A stretch of 64,000 bases of DNA, taken from positions 3,456,001 through 3,520,000 of the forward strand of contig OZ244937.1 of NCBI GenBank assembly GCA_965222075.1, in the 5' to 3' direction. Under the pieces are notes generated by a model that worked only from the letters and a program-made list of their open reading frames with translations, was not told the DNA's origin and did not search any database. The translations under genes and the position numbers were made by a program. Positions 9,326-16,404 of this stretch are shown here, piece by piece. Numbering within the stretch: position 1 is the stretch's first letter; the number at the start of each line of letters is the position of its first letter. This DNA is from Candidatus Latescibacterota bacterium (GTDB lineage: Bacteria; Latescibacterota; UBA2968; GCA-2709665).

Positions 9326-9935
9326 TGATCACTAACGCAATTAACCGCTTATTCAACAACTTAACACGACTTTCTATATGTCATACTTTGGGACTGCACC
9401 CAGTCCGAGCTGCCTAACATAAATTCAAAATATTTCCCAAGACCGGACTTTTGGATGCTCCGAGAAGGACCATCTGGAAGAAAGAAGTTCGACACGACAG
9501 CCAATCGGCACTTATCTATCCAGAAGTCGAGCATTTGCACAACGCCGGGTGTAAGTCTAAGGGTCTTGGGAAATTCCTGTTCGAAGTGCTCAATCATTTC
9601 ACAAACCAAACCTTCGATTTCACCTCTTCTCTCAGGGGCCTTCTCCTCAAGAACTGCACGGAAACGTTCCGGCAACGTAACTTCGCGCCAGGTCCCGTCG
9701 GACCACTGGTTCTCCCGCCACCTATCATAATCTTGCCTGAAATCAGTTGAAGAAGAATAGAACCCCGCCTCTACTGGCATGTGAGTGAGAAACCCGATCC
9801 CGGATTCATCTCCTGTGTCATCGAAATTGTCAATCAGTGTATTGAAGCAGTCGAAGAATATCCAATCAAACGAGCTCATTTTCCGGTATTTTGCACCCTT
9901 TGTCTTTTCGTTGAGCTAGCCAAAACCAACATTGC

Positions 9936-10014
9936 ACTTAACGTTCTCGGCACCCCCGAAGCCGCGAAGCGGTTTTGTGCGGAGCGAAGCGAAGCCGGGG
10001 GTGCCGTGTTAACC
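9936..10014 (-). repeat. attC site 6 (same body as attC2)
   Basis: ACTTAAC...GTTAACC; part of the duplicated cassette. Confidence 0.9.
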
Positions 10015-10078
10015 GATGTGGAGGTTTGTCGGATCACCAAAAAGTTCAAGAGGCAACCATCACCCCTTGCTTTTTTGT

Positions 10079-10384
10079 TCATTCATTTCCTGCCAGTGCT
10101 TCTGACCAACGCCTGGCCATTGTCCTCAATTCTTCCTCATGGGCTGGCCAATCGTGAAGCGTGGCAGGATCAAAATCAGCACCATTCGGCCAGACGAGTG
10201 TATGCACCTCAGGATCAATACGCACCTCATTAAAAAGCAATATATCCATCAGAGGTCCGAACAACTCGCCCTCAAGAACTGGACGAAAATCGATAACTCG
10301 AGTCGTTTCATCGTTGAATCTGACTTTGATCTGATAGGTCCCAACAATCTCAAATGAAACGACTCGATAGATTGGATGACTCAT
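10079..10384 (-). CDS. DUF2442-family protein (copy 2)
   Basis: Identical translation to 3261-3566. Confidence 0.85.
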   Translation of the reverse strand: MSHPIYRVVSFEIVGTYQIKVRFNDETTRVIDFRPVLEGELFGPLMDILLFNEVRIDPEVHTLVWPNGADFDPATLHDWPAHEEELRTMARRWSEALAGNE

Positions 10385-10395
10385 TCTATCCTCCC

Positions 10396-10665
10396 TTAAT
10401 GAAGCGGATCGATCGGCAAGGGAGGATGCCCAGATTGGAGCCGACCCCAATCTTCAAGGAGCTCCTCCTGATGCAACTCCGCCCAGGCTTCGACGAATCG
10501 TTGCTGACGGCGTGGCAAAGTCCCTGCGATCAATTCAATGGTATCCACAGCGTAAACGGCCACTTCATCTTGATAATAGGCGTGAAAATGAGGCCGATGG
10601 TGCTGTGTTCTCGGTTCGGCAAACATGCGAATGATGATTCCGAAAAACCGAGAAATTTCAGGCAT
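10396..10665 (-). CDS. DUF4160-family protein (copy 2)
   Basis: Identical translation to 3578-3847. Confidence 0.88.
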   Translation of the reverse strand: MPEISRFFGIIIRMFAEPRTQHHRPHFHAYYQDEVAVYAVDTIELIAGTLPRRQQRFVEAWAELHQEELLEDWGRLQSGHPPLPIDPLH

Positions 10666-10815
10666 TTGTTTTCCTTGCGATATGGATTTTATCGATGAAA
10701 TCCTGCGGGAAATAAACCGGATTATGCATGGGTAAGCAAAATCCAAATTGGGATGAATGGGAGTCTGTTTTTGCCCCTCAGAGCTTGACCAATTAGCCCT
10801 TAAAACCTCCATGTC

Positions 10816-10905
10816 GGTTAACGTTCTACCGATTGCCGAACCTGCGAAGCAGGTTGCCGAAGGCCAAGCGCCGAATGGCGCGCAGCGGCAAACGAGTTGT
10901 TAGAT
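10816..10905 (-). repeat. attC site 7
   Basis: GGTTAAC..TTGCCG...CGGCAA..GTTAGAT. Confidence 0.85.
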
Positions 10906-10945
10906 GAAGTGGGATCTAATTCGTATTCCAATATCAAACCACCTG

Positions 10946-11005
10946 GATTAAGGCTACAGCTCAGCCGCGGTGCTTGTCACCGTCGGCTGCAGTGCCTTGT
11001 TGGCC
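10946..11005 (-). repeat. Degenerate classical 60-bp attC inside the GNAT cassette
   Basis: Minus strand GGCCAACAAGGCACTGCAGCCGACGG...CCGCGGCTGAGCTGTAGCCTTAATC; R' mutated GTT to CTT; matching GTTGGCC upstream of the gene (11491-11497). Confidence 0.7.
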
Positions 11006-11476
11006 GTTTATTCCTTTGTCCAGGTCCAGTCTGTACCGGCATGTCGGCCCGAGTTCTCCTGGCTCCCGTTCGGTTTCGATGGTGTCGACGTATGTCGCCC
11101 CGATCAACTCACAGGTCCTTCTGGATGCGTCGTTATCGGGACGGCAAGTGATCAACAGCGAGTTCAGTCCATGGCTAAGAGCAAGGGGGAACAGGAGGCG
11201 GCAACTGCGGGCAGCACATCTGTTCCCACGGTATTCCTCCTGAACATCGTAGCTCAGGTTGCCTCCATACTGTTCGAGCCTTTCCGTGCACCGGGTCCTG
11301 AGGCAGATGCTGCCGATCGTCGCCCCGCTGCTAATAAGCCGCATCTCGAAACGGTACTCGGGCACCCGTCCCTTCTCAGAATCGGACGGAAGCGTCTCGG
11401 TGAGGACAAGCTCAAGATCTCCGTCGACCAAGTGTCCTGGATCGTGGAATTCACATTCGGGATTCTTCCGGGTCAT
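10961..11476 (-). CDS. GNAT-family acetyltransferase (cassette)
   Basis: GNLSYDVQEEYRGNRCA, LLITCRPDNDASRRTCELIGA. Confidence 0.85.
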   Translation of the reverse strand: MTRKNPECEFHDPGHLVDGDLELVLTETLPSDSEKGRVPEYRFEMRLISSGATIGSICLRTRCTERLEQYGGNLSYDVQEEYRGNRCAARSCRLLFPLALSHGLNSLLITCRPDNDASRRTCELIGATYVDTIETEREPGELGPTCRYRLDLDKGINGQQGTAADGDKHRG

Positions 11477-11579
11477 CCGGTATTCTCTGCGGCCAACTAG
11501 TGATTGAGCGGTGAATATGCAGAATATCTCCCGCTATCTGGAGATATTCTGCAATGATCTGATTTTACGTTTCCATTTC

Positions 11580-11667
11580 ATCTAACGTTCTCGGCACCCA
11601 CGAACCTGCCGGAGGTAGGTTGGGCGGAAGCCCGAACGGGCTGGAGCCGTGGGTGCTCGTGTTACGC
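11580..11667 (-). repeat. attC site 8
   Basis: ATCTAAC..GCACCCACG...CGTGGGTGC..GTTACGC. Confidence 0.88.
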
Positions 11668-11717
11668 GCCGTGTCTGTCCTGAGTACACACCAAAACAGT
11701 TCGGCCAAGTTCAAACT

Positions 11718-12359
11718 TCACGAGTACATCGACAGGTCATCCCAGTCCGAGGACAGCGTCGGTCGAGGTAGCTTCGGATCGGGGTGCCAGCCTTCCCACC
11801 CGGCGGAGAAGGGACCTACGTTCCGCTCAATCTCCTCGACCGCACGCTGCCCCTCTGCACGAATCGCAATGGCATCCTCGAGACTCACTCTCCCGTCCTG
11901 CACGCATATGTCGAGTTCGTCCTTGTCTTTCCATCTCCACTCTCGGTTTGGTTCAACGAGGATGTCAAGCTGATGGTCCCTCAAATCGAAGCCCAGCGGT
12001 GTGCGTGTTAGTCTGCTCTGCATGTTCACATACCACCCAGAGAACTCCCGATCTCTTGACCATATGACGCAAGTTGCCCGATGCTGATCGGGTCTGATGA
12101 CGATCAAGAGCTCGCCCCACTGCCAAGTCGAATCCTGAAGCGTCCAGTTGTCCTCGGTCCACCGCCGTGGCGTTCCTGGCGTATGGTTTAGCAGCACCGG
12201 ATTCTTTGTAGGTGTATCCATTGGGAGCCAGAGGACGATCTGGGTCTCAGAATCTTCGACTACGGTGACGGGCTTCACATCGATAATTTGGCCATGCTCA
12301 TCAGTTTCTCGATAGAGTATGCAATCACCACATCGGAACCTGTCAGCTCCTTCTCCCAT
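11718..12359 (-). CDS. DUF402-domain protein (cassette)
   Basis: FSGWYVNMQ..FDLRDHQLDILV..WRWKDKDEL motif. Confidence 0.85.
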   Translation of the reverse strand: MGEGADRFRCGDCILYRETDEHGQIIDVKPVTVVEDSETQIVLWLPMDTPTKNPVLLNHTPGTPRRWTEDNWTLQDSTWQWGELLIVIRPDQHRATCVIWSRDREFSGWYVNMQSRLTRTPLGFDLRDHQLDILVEPNREWRWKDKDELDICVQDGRVSLEDAIAIRAEGQRAVEEIERNVGPFSAGWEGWHPDPKLPRPTLSSDWDDLSMYS

Positions 12360-12416
12360 CTAGATTCTTCTCCTCCGAAAAATCAACCAGCCTGGCAAGA
12401 ATTCCTAAGGCATGGC

Positions 12417-12497
12417 GCGTAACGTCCCCGCCGTGCCCGAACCGCGAAGCGGTTGCGCGAAGGGCGTAGCCCGAAGCCGGGCACGGACGTGTTAGAC
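12417..12497 (-). repeat. attC site 9 (same body as attC1)
   Basis: GCGTAAC...GTTAGAC. Confidence 0.9.
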
Positions 12498-12554
12498 GGC
12501 GTTGGCCAAATCGTCACCACGGAGGAGATTTTTGGGCACACGGTTGCAGAGCGT

Positions 12555-13916
12555 TCAAAATGCCTCTTTCCCAACGATCTCGTAAACCCTCGCCGGATGG
12601 CGGTGATCTTTGACCTTATTGAATAGCGCTTTGGCCTTTTCCAGCATCCCGGCCCGTCCATAGAAGTAGATGAGGTTGCCAGCCTCGTTTGGTCTCCCAG
12701 TGAGGTCCCATACCTTCTCCTGCACGACCACGGCCCTGCCCCAATCACCCCTGTGGAATGCCAAACAGGACCCCATTTGCCGAAGTGCAACGTAGGCCCA
12801 TACGGTCTTTTGGCCTAGTCCGTACATGGTCTCATACACCGGATAGGCCTCATCCCACCGGTTCTGTCGAGCCAGTGACAAAGCGAGGTAGTTCAGGCAC
12901 TGCTGGTCTTCAGGGGCCAAAGTGACGGCATGGCGGGCAACTTCCTCCATCTCTTCAAAGTCGCGTTTCCACAAAAACATCTGCGCCTTGGCAGTGAGAG
13001 CAACTATGTCATCAGGGTCCTTTGCAAGCCGCAGACTGCATAGCTCCAGGCATTTCTCGATTGCCGTGGCCTGCTTTTGCTGGTCGCCCGCCCATAAAAC
13101 GGTAAGCTCGAACGCAACATCGATGGAGTCCGGCGCCGCTTTCGCGGCTCGTTGAAGGGTTGCCGCCTCTTCCTCGGAGGGGCCCTTGATCGGGTCATAT
13201 GTCCGTCCGAGCTCCATCAATGCCTCAGGATGGTCCGGGGACACCTCCAGTGCTTCCCTGAAGCGTGCGCGTGCCTCATCCATCCTCATGTACAATCGAT
13301 CCCTCTTGCCCTGTTCCAAGAGTCGGGCAATGGTCCGTGCTGCGAATCCTTCGGGCAGATCATGCTTGCTCCTGTCATCTCTTGCCATGCGGGTGACCTC
13401 CTCCTTAAGCTGCCTGCGCGCCCTGTATAGCCGCTGTTTCACACCTGCAGGGGTCGTTCGTACCAGAAGAGCCACATCCTGAATCGAATACCCTTCCAGA
13501 TAATGCAGTGTAAACGCCTGGACGCTTTTCGCAGGAAGCCTTGAAAACAGTTCCTGGAACGCTGCATTCCGGATAACAGGCTGCTCTGGATGTTCTCTGA
13601 GATCCGTCACCTCGACAACTGACTTCGCCACGGCTTGGTGGCGGCGATTGTCCCTCAACCTGTTGAGGCAGATGTTGCGAAGTATCTGCCCCACCCAGGA
13701 TGAGAATCGAGAGTGCTCCTTCAGAGCCTCAAGCTGTTTGAAGGCCTTCAAGAATGCGTCCTGAAGAGCATCCTGTGCCTCTTCCTTAGCGTGCACATAA
13801 CTTAGCGCCTGCAGGTAGAGGCGATCCTGATGGCGTAACACCAGGGCTTCGAATGCAGAAAGGCTGCCAGAGAGTGCGGCGGCGACTAGCTGGGCATCTG
13901 TGGATAGGCTTTCCAT
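12555..13916 (-). CDS. ECF sigma-70 factor with TPR domain (cassette, copy 2)
   Basis: Identical translation to 1664-3025. Confidence 0.88.
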   Translation of the reverse strand: MESLSTDAQLVAAALSGSLSAFEALVLRHQDRLYLQALSYVHAKEEAQDALQDAFLKAFKQLEALKEHSRFSSWVGQILRNICLNRLRDNRRHQAVAKSVVEVTDLREHPEQPVIRNAAFQELFSRLPAKSVQAFTLHYLEGYSIQDVALLVRTTPAGVKQRLYRARRQLKEEVTRMARDDRSKHDLPEGFAARTIARLLEQGKRDRLYMRMDEARARFREALEVSPDHPEALMELGRTYDPIKGPSEEEAATLQRAAKAAPDSIDVAFELTVLWAGDQQKQATAIEKCLELCSLRLAKDPDDIVALTAKAQMFLWKRDFEEMEEVARHAVTLAPEDQQCLNYLALSLARQNRWDEAYPVYETMYGLGQKTVWAYVALRQMGSCLAFHRGDWGRAVVVQEKVWDLTGRPNEAGNLIYFYGRAGMLEKAKALFNKVKDHRHPARVYEIVGKEAF

Positions 13917-14008
13917 CGCTCTACCATTACGACACCTCAGGAGAGAGGAAGGTAACGCCGAGGAAGGATTCTTGCAGTAATCTCCGCCCGTTCGTGAGGG
14001 CAAATGCC

Positions 14009-14103
14009 GTCTAACGTCTCACGGTTTGCGAACCCCGAGCTTGTCGAGGGGTTGCCGGAGGCCAAGGCGCGACAGCGCCGCAGCGAAAACCGCTGTGTTA
14101 TGT
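14009..14103 (-). repeat. attC site 10
   Basis: GTCTAAC..CGGTTTGCG...CGAAAACCG..GTTATGT. Confidence 0.85.
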
Positions 14104-14126
14104 GCTGTGCAATTCAAACGCAGTCA

Positions 14127-14951
14127 CTACCATGCCTCCGAGCGAGCAGGTTGCAGAGCAAATTGCGTGATTGTGTCGTGAGCCCGCCCCGTGCAGTCAT
14201 GATGCACATACACCGTGTCGTTGATGACGATTCGGCGATTGTCTGGATACTTGGCGACCAAGTCCCGGTCGCGGAAAAACCTCCCATCGTATCGCCGGAA
14301 GAAGACAGTCCTTCCACCTGCTTCAACGAAGGCTTCCACCAACTCGCCACCGTTTGGTGCGGAGAGTCCTGGAATGGCATCGAATACACGTAGACAGTGG
14401 AACCTGTGATCGCCGATAGTCACGTCGTAGGTTCCAGCACCAATCCCTTCCCCGTCTGTTGTTTTGTAGGATCCATCGCTCTGCCGCTCGTATTGGCCTC
14501 CGTCGATCATTCGACGGTTCATAACACCGCCCCAGTTGGCCTCGAAGTGCCTGTCGCCCTGCACCTCGACCAAGCGTTTGCCGTCTACGCTCCTCGTGAC
14601 ACCAACCCAACGCGCACCGACGTCATCCAACAGTGCGTACATATAGCCAGGATCGAATTCCAACGGGATGTCTTCACGCTTCACATGTTGTTCCACTCGA
14701 AGTTCGATACAATCGATGTCTCGGAGTGTAGCCGATCCTACGGACACGATTTTAACGACCTCTGTCAGCTCAAGTGTATCCGCTTCATACACGGCCCACT
14801 TGCAGTGTTCACCCAACCTGGGAACGGCAAACCACCACTGCAGTTCCGGGCAATTGACCTCTTGCAATCGCGCACTGCTTTCCTGGATCGTGACCTGTGG
14901 TCGGGTCAATGGAAAACCATCAACCATCTCGCTGCCGATTTCAGTGTTCAT
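14127..14951 (-). CDS. Hypothetical protein (cassette); start uncertain
   Basis: ORF fills the space between attC10 and attC11. Confidence 0.75.
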   Translation of the reverse strand: MNTEIGSEMVDGFPLTRPQVTIQESSARLQEVNCPELQWWFAVPRLGEHCKWAVYEADTLELTEVVKIVSVGSATLRDIDCIELRVEQHVKREDIPLEFDPGYMYALLDDVGARWVGVTRSVDGKRLVEVQGDRHFEANWGGVMNRRMIDGGQYERQSDGSYKTTDGEGIGAGTYDVTIGDHRFHCLRVFDAIPGLSAPNGGELVEAFVEAGGRTVFFRRYDGRFFRDRDLVAKYPDNRRIVINDTVYVHHDCTGRAHDTITQFALQPARSEAW

Positions 14952-14994
14952 AAGGACTGTAGGAGAGCGGCGCGGTCTTTGTCTTTTGCATGGC

Positions 14995-15092
14995 ACATAA
15001 CGATTTGACGGTTTGCGAACCCCGAGCTTGCCGAGGGGTTGCCCGAAGGGCCAAGGCGCGTAGCGGCGCAGCGCAACACCGTGCTGTTAGAG
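14995..15092 (-). repeat. attC site 11
   Basis: ACATAAC..CGGTTTGCG...CGCAACACCG..GTTAGAG. Confidence 0.85.
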
Positions 15093-15116
15093 GACGTGCA
15101 GGTAATCTCCCCGATC

Positions 15117-16151
15117 TCAGAGCGCTACCGTCGTCTCGTTCAATGTCCGAAGAAGCCTTCTCACTTCGGATTCATATGATGGTCCACCGTGCCCGATGGC
15201 CTTTCGTGCAGTCATTGTCCAAATGAGTTCCTGTAGGCTGTAAAGGAGATGAACCGACTCCCACGACGGCCCATGAAGTCCCCTTGTGTGCAGGTACTCA
15301 CTCCAAAGAGCCTTTCGAAACGCTGAAAAATCGTCTCGGTAGCGCCAAAGCTCTCCTCCCCACTCGCCGAAGTTAAACTCGAGGACGGGATTTCCCACAC
15401 CAGCGTTTCCCCAATCCAGGATCCCGGTTACTTCTAGGTCTCGATCTGACCGGACCAAGATCTGGTCTTCGTGGACATCACCGTGAAGAAGCACATTGTC
15501 CATCTTGGCAAGCTCTGAAAGGGCCTGTTGCCACTTGCCGATACTGGTTTCAGAAGTCAGCTCTTTGAATTCGTCCTCCGCGATATTGGTAGCGTGGTCC
15601 CGGACTAATGATGCAATTAAACTCAGCACTTCCCCCAAGGAACTCAATTGGAGCGCCTTGTACATCCATCGATACGAGTCGGCATGATCACCGGCGAGAT
15701 CCTGTGACAATGGTTTCAGGAAGTCTGTTTCCGGCCCCAATTGAAGGTTGTGCCAAAATCCCGCAAGCCGTCCAACTGTGCGGAGAACTTCTTCATAACC
15801 TTCCGAACGTAAGGATCGTTCGATCGTGCCAAGCAGCACCCCATGTAGGCGCGTGACAACTCCAAACCGGTAAAGGCTCAACTCGTAATTTTCGACCGAT
15901 CTGACGAGCTTGGAGACCGGCAACCCGTCCAGTTCATTGAACAGTTCATAAAGCTCAAGTTCGGTACTCAGTGAACACTGGTACTTGGGATGCCTTGGAA
16001 ATAGAAAGACGAGATCCGGGGACTTGATAATGTGCTTGGACCAGCCGGTAAAATCGGGTTCAAGCTCTCCGAGCGTCAGTCCGAACTCTTCACAGAAACG
16101 ATTGAGGTGAGGCCTGATCAAAATGGCTTCGATTGCCGCAGAGTTTTTCAT
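15117..16151 (-). CDS. APH-like phosphotransferase (cassette)
   Basis: LLHGDVHEDQILV, GILDWGNAGVGNP. Confidence 0.85.
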   Translation of the reverse strand: MKNSAAIEAILIRPHLNRFCEEFGLTLGELEPDFTGWSKHIIKSPDLVFLFPRHPKYQCSLSTELELYELFNELDGLPVSKLVRSVENYELSLYRFGVVTRLHGVLLGTIERSLRSEGYEEVLRTVGRLAGFWHNLQLGPETDFLKPLSQDLAGDHADSYRWMYKALQLSSLGEVLSLIASLVRDHATNIAEDEFKELTSETSIGKWQQALSELAKMDNVLLHGDVHEDQILVRSDRDLEVTGILDWGNAGVGNPVLEFNFGEWGGELWRYRDDFSAFRKALWSEYLHTRGLHGPSWESVHLLYSLQELIWTMTARKAIGHGGPSYESEVRRLLRTLNETTVAL

Positions 16152-16177
16152 GTCTTTGTGATCCGAACCTGCATGTC

Positions 16178-16307
16178 CTCTAACGTCCTCCGGGTTGCCG
16201 AAGTGGCCGTGCATAGGGAAAGGAACCAGTGGTTTTACAATCAGTCAAGCATAAACTCACGGCCATTTAGGCGTAGCGAAACGGAGCCGGTCAACCCGGT
16301 GTTAACC
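16178..16307 (-). repeat. attC site 12 (130 bp, AT-rich loop)
   Basis: CTCTAAC..CCGGGTTG..TGGCCGTG...CACGGCCA..CAACCCGG..GTTAACC. Confidence 0.82.
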
Positions 16308-16404
16308 GAAGGTGGCTCTTAGTGGGGCGCCTCCATCAGGATACATTCGGGGCGGACATAAAGCACGCGACATAATCTGGTTTTGCTTTTTGTTTTTCTC
16401 TCAG

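Larger units (their letters stand above)
7714..9335 (+). pseudogene. Transposase disrupted by six palindromic micro-insertions
   Basis: IGIDGG, FIADGAEWIW, ILDYYH, GLPIGSGHVES motifs; deleting 167 bp of inserts gives one 1455-bp (484 aa) ORF. Confidence 0.88.
7599..9401 (+). mobile_element. IS of ISKra4/ISLre2-like (Mutator-related DDE) type with 9-bp TSD
   Basis: IRs GGGCGCGGTCCCATAGTGTGACA / TGTCATACTTTGGGACTGCACCC; direct repeat AGTCCGAGC at 7590-7598 and 9402-9410. Confidence 0.9.
7321..9879 (-). pseudogene. HAD-family hydrolase cassette gene split by an IS (N part 9402-9879, C part 7321-7598)
   Basis: WIFFDCFNTL motif I; removing the IS and one TSD joins ..LGSSD|FGWKKP..VLFIGDSLQND. 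Confidence 0.9.
1414..16307 (-). mobile_element. Integron-type gene cassette array, 12 attC sites, all cassette genes on the minus strand
   Basis: Genes alternate with imperfect palindromes bounded by TAAC...GTTA; the first bases of each cassette are complementary to the R'' box of its own attC; duplicated cassettes begin and end at the G|TT crossover. Confidence 0.93.

Noticed and set aside
8963-9328. Programmed frameshift or two-ORF transposase
   Set aside because: The frame change is fully explained by the 25-bp insert at 8970-8994
1532-14014. Duplications as assembly artefacts
   Set aside because: Both duplications end at recombination points, have different neighbours and carry SNPs; read confirmation is still advisable
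1520-16174. Conserved ATG 11 nt after the crossover as a shared start codon
   Set aside because: Out of frame with the cassette gene in three of four cases checked; better explained as part of the extended inverted repeat
1526-16307. CRISPR array or simple terminators as explanation for the repeats
   Set aside because: Repeats vary in sequence and length, are separated by whole genes, have TAAC/GTTA boxes and lack U-tracts; no cas genes
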